From the human T2T-CHM13v2.0 reference genome, Homo sapiens, in the NCBI RefSeq assembly GCF_009914755.1, contig NC_060928.1: a stretch of 64,000 nucleotides of DNA. The stretch is one strand, 5' to 3'. Position 1 is the stretch's first letter; each line of letters begins with the position of its first letter. Below, in pieces: positions 13,621 through 27,960 of the stretch. A model generated the notes under the pieces. It ran no database searches and was not told the origin of the DNA. It worked only from the letters and a program-made list of their open reading frames with translations. The translations under genes were made by a program, and so were the position numbers.

Positions 13621-16111
13621 GGGCAGATGCAAGAAACTGACAATCCCCTCGTCCTTTGTAAGTAGCACCATGACTGGCACACAGCAGTGATGAATAAATG
13701 TTGAGTGAATTAATGAATCAGTGAATGAAAGAATAGAAAGATAGATGATGGATATATTCAGGCAGGCTCCAGATCTTAGTATACTAACTCTCAAAGGCCA
13801 GCATGTTTTCAAGTTAGGAATGGCAGACCTCTAGTGGCCAAAAAGAAAAGTCAGCAATCTAATGGCTGAGAACAAAATTTGCATAAGATGGTTTGGGTAA
13901 ATGCGCTTGCAAAAGAATAAGTACATAAAGCATTGCTTTACAAAGATTTTATCATACCTAATTTTTGCTGTGCTCAGTTTCTTATAAATGGGACTTAAAA
14001 GCACATGCATGATGAGTTCACTTCTGTAATTAACTGCTTAGAGTGAATGCCTTATGGAAATGAAGCCAGTAATCTTTTAATTATGATTAACATTTCTTTT
14101 TAATACCTGCAGGAGGGAAATAATTACTCATATGTGGAATTTCATGCTACAAGCTACATAAGATACAAAGTAGCTGTTCATTTTGAAATAGAGAAAAGGG
14201 GAAAGAGAAAATCGTAACCAAATAAACCTTTGGTTACAGAAGTCTCAAATATGATGAAAAGAGTGTATTTAAAAATGACAACAGCAACACATATTGTTTA
14301 AAATATTGAACTGTAAAAACAAGGTTAACAGACCTTTTTAGTCCTTAAAAATTAAATAATGTCCTACTGTCAAATTATTTGGAGTTAGCTCAAGGAGGAA
14401 TTATTTGTTGATGCAAACTATGGTTCTTTTAGGAGCCTGAGTGCTTTCTAATAGAGATCAAGTTGAGTTGATCCTATGTTATTCACAATCAAAGAAAATG
14501 TTTGGCAGCTATTCCAGGTTAATTAACTACATAAGGTCTCCAGTTTGTAAATCAGAAAGGTATTACAGGTGACTACTTAAGGATGCTTCAGTTTTTCTAT
14601 TATGACAATTTTATTAACAATGTACAGTGTCTTAGGTAAATGAAAGAAGAATATAATTTTATGTGGCAATTGTGTGCAGCTGGTGAGGTGGGGATGAGAG
14701 AGTTAGGAAATATTAGATATGAGAGTACACATGTGGGAACTTTTCTAATCCATGACTGCAGAATTTAAAACGATTGAAGAAATTACCATCTTTTGCCTGA
14801 GTTAGCAGAACTGAAATTAGCTTCTGAGGAAAGCTCTTTGGGATTTCTTGTTTGTTTCTGAATCTTTTTAAATGTTTAATTCAATACCACTGTATTTGAG
14901 AATAAACATTATTAAAATGTCATAATGACTCTTTAGACTATTTTAAGCTGCCATAAAGAGAGTGTTTGCATTTTTTATCAGCCCTGATCTGCCAGGGACT
15001 TAGTCATTAGGCATCATTGTATAATTAAATAACAATAAATAATTATAAATAAATGTTTCAAATTTGATACCAATAAGAGCAGAAATCTGAGAGCAAGTAA
15101 AAAAGGGTTTCTAAGCAATATTTAGACAACTGTAATAAAAATATCTAATAAAAGTACAGCTCACACCCGCAAAAATGAGTAGTTATCGCTGGATTTATTT
15201 AATAGGTGATTTTATTCTGCTTTATTTCTATTGCATATATGTCCAAAGTTCTCTGCATTGAGCATTACATTTGTCATTTTAAAATGACTTAAAAAACAAA
15301 ACAAACAAAAACACCAAGAGCTCAGCATCATTTGTTGACTAGAAACTGTTGCATGGCTGCTACAGATGCTATTGTACCTTTTGGGCACATTCTGCAACAT
15401 CTCTTGCTATTCTGAGCCATCCAGAGCGATTCTACATACATCTCTAGAAAATAATACAAATTTTCCAGGACAGTATGATGATGTCAGCCATTGCTTAATC
15501 AGTTTTTACATTTAGGGAGAAGCTAGAGGAAAGTTGGAAATGCTAAGGGACATTTCAAGACTTCCCAGAAAGTAGCTGTGTCAGGAACAAGGAAGGCAGG
15601 AGGAGCCTGGGGAAAGTCTCACATTTGATTCAAAAGAGTTCCAACCTTAGGAAAGTTGGACTCTCAAACACGTCTGTTTCAGTATGCAGCCATATTCACG
15701 CCTAGATGCAGGACTGCTATGGTTCCCTCCTCCATAGTGCTGTTTATTCTGCACCACAGAGTTCCCTGGGCCTGTGAGAAAAACCCCACACTTCACTGGG
15801 GTGCTTGCTTTTGGTCCTTTCCTCTTTTCCTTCCTTTCATCCTCCTTTTTCTTTCCTTTTGTTTTCGTCTCTGCCCCTTAACAATTAAGTGTTATTCTCA
15901 AAATAGGAGAAGATGGCAAGTTCAGATTTGTAACTGCTAGATATGATATTTTTGTATCTTTTTCTTTAGTGAACTCTCATTTATTTAACAAATATTTATT
16001 TGCTCACAAATATTAAAGCATAATTGCTTTTATTGAGAGAATCTGTCTAATAAATAGTAATTCAAAAAAGAAAAGAAAGGAAAACCCAGATGTAGTTTCT
16101 GCCTTCAATAA

Positions 16112-16489
<378 letters not shown>

Positions 16490-16609
16490 CCAGGTAATTT
16501 TTATTATGATTTTGGATGCATGCTATGACAGGACAGCACAAGGGTGTGAGTGATGGTGGGGATATCAGAAAACACCCCTGAGGTGTGACATTTATCCTCA
16601 GACCTAAAA

Positions 16610-16680
16610 CAATGGTTCTCAACTGGGCTATTTTGACAATATCTGGAAACATTTTTGTTATCACAACTGGGAGGAAGGAT
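16610..16680 (+). mobile_element. MER20 5' fragment
   Basis: 'caatggttctcaactggg...gacaatatctggaaacatttttgttatcacaactggg'. Confidence 0.7.
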
Positions 16681-16693
16681 TTACATTTCCTGA

Positions 16694-17060
<367 letters not shown>

Positions 17061-17369
17061 TAAATCATCTATTTTATTCCCCATAAGTTATATTAATTTT
17101 TGTATATTAATTATTAATTGTTATAAGTTATATAAATTATACTGTCCTGGGTCTCTGTATCCATTGAGTAGGCTTCGATTGTTTCAGGGTGAGAATAGAC
17201 AGAACCTAACATAGAGAAGTCACTGCTCAGCTTTGAATGTCAAATTAGACATTTTTTGAGCACTCAGAAAAACAATTGCCTTGGATATCGTAACTTTTAG
17301 AGAAAGGAAAGTTTTCTTGGAGTATAATAATTTCCTTTCATATAATCAAGACACCTATATATGATTCAT

Positions 17370-18330
17370 ATCATAGTGTTTTACTATAAGACATTTGTAA
17401 ATTGAAAGACAGTTATGAGGCCCCATCAGACAGGAAGGAGTAGAAAGTCCTTCTGATGCTGAGGCTTAAAAACCACGGAAAGGAAGAGGGAAGCAAAGCA
17501 ATCTACTCTGGGTGTCCTTGCTTTGTCCTTGGCAGTGCTGGGGCGGCGGTGGTGCTGGGCAGGGCCTCTGAAGCACTGAAATCATGTTGGGGAAATCCAA
17601 GGCAATTGGAGACTTCTGGTTTTCCCAGCGGGTGGCCTGAGAACCATGAAGATTTCTTAGAGTAACCACAAGGTGGCAGAGAATCGCAAATGACTTCGAG
17701 AGGCTTTTGAGTGCCGGGGTAAAAATGGCCGCAGGAGATGCTCTAGTTCACAGGCTTGAAGTAGTGTTGAGACAAGAAACGAAGTAACCTTGGGACGGAG
17801 ATCTGACTGATAGACCACACAAACTGGAGTCACGGGCAGACCTCAGAGCGTCATTACTGAGAGCTGGGGAGGGCTGAGGCAGCCAGCGGGCATCAGGTCT
17901 TCACCTCAGCATAGAGCTGAATGTGAGGCACACTTCTGGATGCCTCAGGAGCCAGTGCAGAGGAACAGAGGTCCTCCGAGTTCTGGATACACACTTTCTA
18001 CTCTACACCACTTACACCACCTGGGACCTTAAATCACTCTGGCAAAAGGGAAGGAAACCTTGAGAGGAGGGTGGCGAAGGGCATCACATCTGAAACCCAT
18101 GACAGTAACTCAAAAGACATGAATTATCCAGAAAGAGGCTATTTAAACTAGAAAAGACTGAATTACTTATTGACAAGCCTGTTTTGTTTTTTTCCCCTCC
18201 TGTCAATGGTAATGGGGGCTTGAAAGCAAGACAAAGTCAGAGAAAATAAAGAAAAATACACTGTGTGTGTGTGTGTGTGTGTGCATTTGGGTCGTTTCAG
18301 AAGTAGTAAGTAAATTTACACACCACTATA
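17370..18330 (+). mobile_element. Ancient LTR, MamGypLTR-like (Gypsy)
   Basis: GC-richer block of about 950 bp ending 'gaaaataaagaaaaataca...gtaagtaaatttacacaccactata', like MamGypLTR 3' ends as remembered; contains (TG)11 at 18262-18283. Confidence 0.45.
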
Positions 18331-18635
18331 TTCGAAAGCCGACATAGAATTCCTAAGGAAGTAGGGACACTACCAAGCTACATCATCCTATCATAAGACA
18401 CAGGGTAGTCTACTAAAACTGTACTTCATATTCTAATATTTGCCTGAGGTACAACACATAATATCAAGAATACTGGAGGGAAAGCTGATTTGTTCTTTCG
18501 GGAAAGGCTTATTTCTTATGTTTATTCTGGGCACTGTAGGTCAAAACAGGATGATCCAGACATGACTTTTAATTCAAAAAGATTTTAGAAAAAAGGCATG
18601 TGCATTATTCATCAATGTAACATAATGAAAAGATA

Positions 18636-18930
18636 GGCTGTATTGTACACTCATTAGGAATGCAGACCCCGGGAACAAATTGCTTGAGTTTGATCCCAGC
18701 TCTCCCATTTAAGACTCTGACATGTTACTTAACCGCTCCATATAAAGAACAAGTTTAGTTTCCATAGAAAGAACAACTTTAGTTTCCATAAAGACCAAGC
18801 TTAGTTTCCACAAGTTTAGTTTCCATATGAAGGCAGTGGCTGCCTTATAGGATTGAGTTAATAAATGCAAAGCACAGAAAACACCTGACATATAATAAGA
18901 CCTAATAAATATTGATATCATTGTCATTAG
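18636..18930 (+). mobile_element. MIR with internal tandem repeat
   Basis: 'gagtttgatcccagctctcccatt...gttacttaacc' and 3' 'aataaatgcaaagcacagaaaacacctgaca...taataaatatt'. Confidence 0.75.
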
Positions 18931-20439
18931 CAATAGTAGTAGAAGTAGTAATATTAGTAGTCATAGTGAAAGTAACAGTGGATGAGGTAGTTATAATTAC
19001 CCAAAGGAAAATGAAGATAAAGGGTTCTGGCGATTACTCATAGGGGAGATTATTTCCAGTTGAAGGATCAGGGAAGATTTTGAGGGAGGTGGCATTTGGT
19101 TAGGGCTTTGAACATGTTATTGTTCAGTTCTCCTAATAACACTGGCCTGATTAAGAGAAATGAGAATAGGAGACACGCAGGGAATACAATAACTTGACCA
19201 AAGGAGAGACACAGGAAATACTAAGAATGAGTGAAAAACAAAGAAAGTCAGCAGAGAGCAGTTGCCTATTGATATTCTGGCATGGTGGGTGAAGCCGTCA
19301 ATGCTGCTTCTGTTTTCCCTCTTCCATAGACTGCTAATGTGATAAAGAAAGAGAAATAATGGTTTCCAGCATTCACTGAAAGTGGCTCATTTTCTCCTGA
19401 ATCAATCTTTGGTAACACAATCAACTCTGTGCTGCAAGGCCTGCTCCAGAGCCCGGTTTGCTATATTTTAGGATTGGCCAACACTCATGGGAATCAGAGG
19501 TGAGAGGAGAAAGTGGATTTTAGGTCCACATTCAAGACCTTGACTGAGAGTTTGGAGGATTTTGTCATTGAAGAAAAGGTAATTGGAGTAACAGCTTCCA
19601 GCATCTTTGCTCTTTGTTTTTATACCCCTTTCCACATATATCCCATCTCTCAGAAACTCTTCTACTCCCCAAATTTGCTTTTTAATGATGTACTTAGTAG
19701 GCATTTTTATGAAGATTTTTAGTCCCCCAGGAGCAATTTTATGCTAAATTTATTTTCTAATATTAAGTGTCTTATATTAAAGGAAATTCAGTTGAAAATA
19801 GCAGAATAGAGAAATGTGAGTGAGGAAGGTATTTCCAGGGAATTTTAGTAATTCCTAGTAAACCACCATGCCATATATTAATATTTAGATACCTTATTTG
19901 CACCACCTTGGGCCAAAATTGCACTTTCTACAAGTTTTAGTGATATAATATTTAATTTTCCTTTGTAGATTATAGAGTTTTGTTGAATTAAGAATTAATT
20001 TCAATTTTTAAATATTTGTATAGGTATTAAAATTCATTATTTCTTCCTGTAAAAAAGTCATCTGTGTGTGCTTGTGTCTTTATAAAGCTGGAAAAAACAC
20101 AAGGGAGTAAAATTTAAAAATGAAATTCATCTATAAACTCACCACTAAGTGACATTAACGGTTTGGAGCATGTCCTCCTTTTTCCTTCTTTCTTTATTTT
20201 CTTCTTTACAAAAATTGTATCACTTGGTGTGTCAGCCTGAATACTGTCTTCCCATAGATATCCATGTATGAGGGGACTTCAAAAAGTTCATGGAGAAAAA
20301 TGAAATTAGAAGAGAAAAAACATTCTTATAAACAGGCTTTTTCTTTTTAACAAAAGAAAAAGATGAAAATTTTTAAAAAATTGAGCTTTTTTTCTTAACA
20401 TAAACTTCATGAAGTTCAAGACACTTTTGTAAATTATGA

Positions 20440-20767
<328 letters not shown>

Positions 20768-20852
20768 TTGATCTATTCTTAAAGAACTGGCAGTCCTGGG
20801 AATTTAAGCATGTGACTGCAGTCTTTTTTACAGTATTTACATTATTAACTGA

Positions 20853-21173
<321 letters not shown>

Positions 21174-22624
21174 TAAGGATTTTTTAGGATTAGAAAAAAA
21201 AAAACAATTCAGAAGAAGGCAAATCAGAACTGTAAGGTGGATGCCTAATGATTTGTCATCAAACTCTCATAAAAAATTGGCCTTGTTTGATGAGAGGAGG
21301 AGCATTGTCATGATGGAGAAGGACTATTAAGTGAAGCATTTCCAGTCATTTTTCTGCTAAAGCTTTGGCTAACTTCCTCCAAACACTCTCATAATAAGGA
21401 GATGTTATCAATCTTCACACCTCCAGAAAGTCAACAGGCAAAATACATTGAGCATCTAAGAAAACTGGTATCGTGACCTTTGTTCTTGACCAGTCCACTT
21501 TTGCTTTGACTGGATCACTTCATCTCTTGGTAGCCATTGCTGTGATTGTGCTTTGTCTTCAGGATTGAAGTGCCTTATTTCCTGTTACAGTTCTTCAAAG
21601 AAATTCTTCAGGATCTTGATCCCGTTGTTTAAACTTTCCATTGAAAGCTCTATTTTTGTCTGCAGCTGATCTGGGTGCAATAATTTTAGCACCCATTGAG
21701 TGGAAATTTTGCTCAGCTTTAATTTTTTAGTCAGAACTCTGTAAGCTGAACCAGTTGAGATATCTATGGTATTGGCTATTATTTCTTCTGTTAATCATCA
21801 GTCCTCTTTGATTAGGGCATCAACAAGATGAATTTTTTCCTTGCAAATTGATGTGGATGATCTGCCACTGCAAGCTTCATCTTCAATATTGTCTCATCCC
21901 TTCTTAAAATGAATTATCCATTTGTGAACTACTGATTTCTTTGGAACATTTTCTCCATATGTTTTTCAAAAATTATCAATGGTTTCACCATTCTTCCACC
22001 AAAGTTTCACCATAAATCTGATTTTGCTCTTACTTAAATTTTAGCAAAAGTATTACTCCGAACAGGGCTCTTTTCAAACTGATGTCTTATTCTTCTTAGT
22101 ACCTCAACTAGATCATGTTTAAACATGTTATAACAAGTTGGTATGAGTTTACTTTAGTGTAAAAAATGCAATCCAGCATAATTGTTTCATAACTTAATGA
22201 ACTTTTGAAGATGCCTTGTACAATCCCTAGAACCTGAGAATATCTTATATGGCAAAAGATTCTTGCAGATCTGATAGATATGAGAAGATTATTTTGGATT
22301 ATTGGGGTGGCTCCAATGTAATCACAAGGCATGAGAGGGAGTAAGGGGAGATTAAAAAAAGAGAAGAAGGTTATGTGATGATAGAAGCAGAGATTGGAGT
22401 GATGCAGCCATGAACCAAGGAGTGCCAACAGCTTCTTGATACTGGAAGAAACAAGAAATGAATTCTCCCCTGGAGCCTCCAGGAGGCACCAGGCATCCTG
22501 GATTTTTATTTAAGACTTATTTTGTATTTCTGAACTTCAGAACTGTATGAAAATAATTTTTTTAACCACGAAGTTTGTGGTAATTTGTTACAGTGGCAAT
22601 AGAAAACCAATATGCTTGAAAACA

Positions 22625-23098
22625 GTCAAGATGCAAGTAAAAGAAAATCTGACTCAACCTGACTTAAAGTAATGTGGAGCTGTTAATTCACTAAATTGGA
22701 AAGTCTAGAGGTCGAGCAGCCTTGAAGTGTGGTATAATCTACAGGTTTATCATGTTATCAGAGCTGCAGTTGCATTTCCCTGGGATTCTCTCTGTTTTGC
22801 CCTCTTCTCTGAGTTGTTTCCTTTGTCCTTAAACTGGTTTCCCACAGGCCAGCCTTCTCAGCAATCCTTCCAAGATTCAGTCTGATGAGACAGACTTAGG
22901 CCACTTATCTGAACCAATCAGCATGAGAGCCTGTCACTGTGAGGCAAAGAAACTATGTGAATCACTTCGTTTTTGTTACGTTGTCCACAGGATTCAGGAG
23001 TGGAAAGAGCTTCCCTACAACTACATGGATCCACAAATGGAAATCAGGCACTGATGGAAAAGCAGAATGGATTCTGGAGACAAACACAAATGTCTGCA
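22625..23098 (-). mobile_element. Old MLT1 (J/K-type) LTR
   Basis: 'tgcaagtaaaagaaaatctgactcaacctgacttaaa...ctgaaccaatca'. Confidence 0.6.
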
Positions 23099-23776
23099 GA
23101 ATACTCCTTAAGCTACCCAATAGCCATACATATTCTCCTTTAAACACATGTCTTAAAAATGTATAACCTTTTACATGGAATATACACACCCCACCACAAA
23201 AAAACACAAACCCAAAATTGATCCAGTTACTGAATTCAAATTTTAAGAGCTCTGATGGGACCCAAAGCCATATATTACATATCACATTTGTGGAGAATAT
23301 GATCTATATTTACATGGCTTTTGTATTTGACTGATTGCATTATTCCAGGAGTGTCTTGCCTGGAAGATGAAGTGGTAAATAACTTTCCTTAACTTGACCT
23401 TATCAGGGTATCTCAATAGATCACACAATTGTGATTGTTAGATTGTTCACTACTCAAGGCTTGCTTCAAAACTTTCCCCTTGCTGGGTCCACCAAACCTA
23501 AATTATCAGGCATTCACACTAAAATATAACCAGATGCATTAAACCAGAATCAAAACTTCAATTAATATTTTGCCTTTAACCTTGTTATTCTAAAACACTA
23601 ATAATAAAACTTCAAGGTCCTACTTTATTTATGGCAGTAGAAAATAAATTTGGATCTCTTAAGGGAGGAGCAGTTGACCTTTAGTAAGTTTCATTCCTTT
23701 TCATTGGGTCCAAATATAGTTTCTCACGATTCATTAATTTATGGCTAAATGGACAATTATCTATATAAAACACATC

Positions 23777-26098
23777 TGTATTAGTTCATTTTTGCATTGC
23801 TATAAAGAACTACCTGATACTGGGTAATTTATAAAGAAAAGAGGTTTAATTGACTCACATTTCCACAAGCTGTATAGGAGGAATGGCTGGGGAGACCTCA
23901 GAAAACTTACAATCATGGTGGAAAGTGAAGAGGAGGAGGCACTTGTTTACATGGCCAGAGCAGGAAGAAGAGAACGCTAAGGGGGAGGTGCTACACATTT
24001 TTAAACAACCAGATATGGTGAGAACTTACTCTCATGAGAACAGCAAGGGGGAAACCCACACCCATTATCCAATCACCTCCCACCAGGCCCCTTCTCCAAC
24101 ACTAGGGATTACAATTCGAGATGAGATTTGGGCAGGGACAAAAACCCAAACCATATCATTCCACCCTAGCCCCTCACAAATCTCATGCCCTTCTCACATT
24201 GCAAAATAAAATCCTCCCTTCACAACAGCCCCCCAAGTCTTAACTCATTTCAGCATTAACTCAAAAGTCCAGAGTCCAAAGTTTCATCTGAGACAAGGCA
24301 AGTCTTTTCTGTCTATGAGCCTGTAAAATCGAAGCAAGTTAGTTACTTCCAAGATACAATGGAGATACAGGCATTGGGTAAATACACTCATTCTAAGAGG
24401 GAAAAATTTGCCAAAACAAAGGAACTGCAGGCCCCATGCAAGTCTGAAACCTAGCAGTGTATTCATTAAATCTTAAAGCTCCAAAATAATCTCCTTTGAC
24501 TCCATGTCTCACATCCAGGCAACACTGTTGCAAGATCTTGGGCAGCTCCACCCCTGTAGCTTTGTGGGGTACAGCTCCTGTGGCTGCTTTCATAGGCTGT
24601 CACTGAGTGCCTGCAGCTTTTCCAGGTGCACAATGCAAACTGTCGATGGATCTACTATTCTTGGGTCTGGAGGATGGTGGCCCTCTTCTCACAGATCCAC
24701 TAGGAAATGCTCCAATGGGGACTCTGTGTGGGGACTCCAACCCCACATTTCCTCTCTGCACTGCCGCAGTAGAGGTTCTCCATGAGGGCTCTGAACCTGC
24801 AGCAGACTTCTGCCTATATGTTCAGGCATTTCTATACATCCTCTGAAATCTAAGCGGAGGCTCCCAAGCCTCAACTCTCATACTTTGCAGGCTTAACACC
24901 ATGTGAAAGCCACCAAGATTTATAGCTTGCACTCTCTGAAGCAACAGCCTGAGCTGTACCATTGCTCCTTTTAGCCATGACTGGAGCTGGAGTAGCCATG
25001 ATGGAGGGCACCATGTCCCAAGGCTACACAGAACAGCAGGGCCCTGGGCCTGGCCACAAAACCGTTCTTTCCTCCTAGGCCTCCAGGCCTCTGATGGGAG
25101 GGGCTGCTGTTAAGGTCTCTGAAATGTTTTGAAGGCATTTTTCTCATTGTCTTGACTATTAACATTCTGCTTCTCTTTACTTTCGCAAATTTCTGCAGCC
25201 AGTTTGAATTCTTCTTCAGAAAATGAGTTTTTCTTTTCTACCACATGTTCAAGGTGCAAATTTGTCAAACGTGTGTGCTCTGCTTACCTTTTTAAATATA
25301 AATTCCAGTTTCAGATCATCTCTTTGCTTACACATATGACCATATGCTGTTAGAAGCAGTGAGACCACAATTTGAATGCTTTGCTGCTTGAAATTTCTTC
25401 CACCAGATACCTTAAATCACTGCTCTCAAGTTCAAAGTTCCACAGATATCTAGAGCAGGGACACAAGAATGACTTTTACTCAAGTTCCCAATAAGTTCCT
25501 CATCTCCAACTGAGACCACATCAGCCTGGACTTCGTTTTCCATACTACTATCAGCATTTTGGTCACAACAATTTAACAAGACTTGGAAGTTCCAAACTTT
25601 CCATCATCTTCCTGTCTTCTTCTGAGCCCTCCAAACCATTCCAAAGTCACTTCCACATTTTCAGGTATCTTTATAGCAACACCCCACTCCTGGTACCAAT
25701 TTTCCATATTAGTCTATTCTTGTATTGCTATAAAGAATTACTTGAGAGTGAGTAATTTTTAAAGAAAAGAGATTTAATTGACTCACAGTTCCACAGGCTG
25801 TATAGGAAGCATGGCCGTCTCCCCAAGAGGCCTTAGGAAACTTACAATCATGGTGGAAAGCAGAGGAAGGAAGCATGTCTTTAAATAACCAGAGTAGGAA
25901 GAAGGGAGAGCAAAGCGGGAGGTGCTACACACCTTTAAACAACTAGATCTCAGGAGAACTCACTCATTATCAAAAGAACAACAAGGGGAAAATCCACCCC
26001 CATGATCCAATCACCACCCACCAGGCCCCTCCTCCAATACTGGGGAATATTACAATTTGACATGAGATTTGGGTGGGACACAAATCCAAACCATGTCA
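23777..26098 (-). mobile_element. Two-LTR MaLR provirus (MSTA/THE1D-type): LTR 23777-24158, internal 24159-25704, LTR 25705-26098
   Basis: Two homologous LTRs of about 380-390 bp in direct orientation; THE1/MST-int sequence between them; TSD acatc / atatc. Confidence 0.95.
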
Positions 26099-26605
26099 AT
26101 ATCTGATGATACAATTATGCAGAAAGAAAAGAATACCTGAAACAAAACTACCACTGGGAAAAGAAGAAACATCAAATAGGGATAACTGGTCCATAGCAAA
26201 TGGGATGCTCTTCTGGGCAAGAGTTCCTTAGTTTGCTAATCTGGTCACCACTGATTTGCCTCTGTGGGAGGATTTTTTTTTTCTACTGCTGTCCTTCAGA
26301 GTCATCTCCAAGATGGGCATTGAGTATACCACCCCTCTCCCTATGCTGCTTGGGGTCTCATTTCCTATTGCAGTGAATTAAGAAATATAGACATTGCATC
26401 CAAGGCCTAAGAAACCACAAGCTTGGAGTTTATTTGGCAATACAGCTCCATGAAAAGTTTAGAGGCTTCCAGGCGATTTGTTTTCTATTAGTTTCATAAT
26501 CAGCAGCCAAAGTCAGCTATCTTGATGGGTTGTAATCTTGAAGTTAAGTTCTGGCCATCAGAGTGTCTTTCGTGGTTTCTTACTGCTTTGCTTGTTCCTT
26601 TAGTG

Positions 26606-26782
26606 CTATGGTTCTCAAAGTGTGGATCCTGCACCAGCAGCAGAATCTTGGGAATTTGTTACAAATGCATTCTGGGGTCTTGTCCCAGACCTACTTTGAA
26701 ACTCTTGGGGTGATGCACAGCCGTTTGTGTTGTACTAAGCTCTCAAGGTGATTCTGGTACTTGATAAAGTTTGGGATCATGG
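26606..26782 (+). mobile_element. MER5A (hAT-Charlie MITE)
   Basis: 'ggttctcaaagtgtgg...ccagcagcag...aggtgattctg...aaagtttgg'; TSD ctttagtg / ctttagtt. Confidence 0.85.
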
Positions 26783-27459
26783 CTTTAGTTATTGCCACTT
26801 TGCAACAATCCAAAACAATAAGCTGGGGTAAGAAATTTCCATTAAAATCCTCTCTTTTTGTGGGCTGTATGTGAGCAGCTTACTCTTGAGAGAAATGATT
26901 AGCCTTTTTCTTTCTTATAAATAGGAGATAATTACAGAGGCCTGTATTAAGGTAAGAGAGTAGCAGCATGCTCCTAACTAATAGTCATATCTTAAGTTGT
27001 CATCCCTTTCCTCTATTAGGATTCTTGTTTGCGGTTAATAACTACCTTTCCAGTATTTCAAGATTCCTGACTCTTAAGTCAACTGAATAGAAGTCAAACT
27101 TAGAGTTTCTCTAAGCAATGTCTTATTTTCTTCCCTCATGTTTTTAGATGCTAGTATAAACTCTGTTTTCTCTCTCTCAAGCAGGAATTTATTGAATATA
27201 AATTCAATAAAGTCAACACACTCTAACATTCTATTTTTTTTCTCCTAAGTCCTTTAAATGCTAACATTTCAATGTACATGATCTAGTTCTCAAGGGTAGA
27301 AAAAACAAAAATTATTATTTTTGCTACCATGTAACAATAACTACAATCTTCCAACCACTGAAGAGAATGGTTTCACTGGCCTCCACCAATCTTTTTAGCT
27401 CAGCCAAGACCTCATTTTAGAGTTTCAGAATGTTAGACTCATTCTGGGTCCCAATTTCT

Positions 27460-27960
27460 GTTTCAAAAATATTACTTCCAAACAATAGAAACCAAATGTG
27501 GTTATCTTATAGGGAAAAAGGAAGTGTGGAAAAGAAGGAAAGTTATTTCCTTTGAGTTTATTGGAACTAAATGGGGCCCTATATACTCACCTGAAGGCTT
27601 GAAGTCTGGGGAATAAGACAGGGAAAATGCGCAGGATCGAAGGGAGATGACGATGAATTGGTGGAAAGAGTAGCCAAGGTTATGCTGCAGGATGGGTCAT
27701 GTCAGTTTGCCACCACTACTGAGTGCTGCTGGCACTGCTTCGTGGCTGCTGAGATGATCCGACAGCAACTTATCCCATGTTTTTGGCCAGACATTTACAG
27801 TCTAAGTGCCAGGGTAAGCTTCTAGTCAGATCAGCTTAGAACATGTGCCCCTTTCTGACTAATACAAGAAGGTGTAGGAGGATCTGGGTCCTCTTATGTT
27901 CCATATGATTCCGGAGATCATACAGTAGTATGAATAATATCAAGGAGAATGAATGTTGGG
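27460..27960 (-). mobile_element. Very old MLT1-type LTR remnant
   Basis: 'ccaaacaatagaaaccaaatgtgg...tttattggaa...agcttagaacatgtgccc'; weak similarity only. Confidence 0.4.

Noticed and set aside
15378-15465. Minus-strand candidate exon (ttattttctag|AGATG...AAAAG|gtacaa)
   Set aside because: Weak donor, two frames closed, third peptide unrecognised
18737-18827. CRISPR-like array
   Set aside because: Units are contiguous with no unique spacers, lie inside a mammalian SINE and have no cas genes
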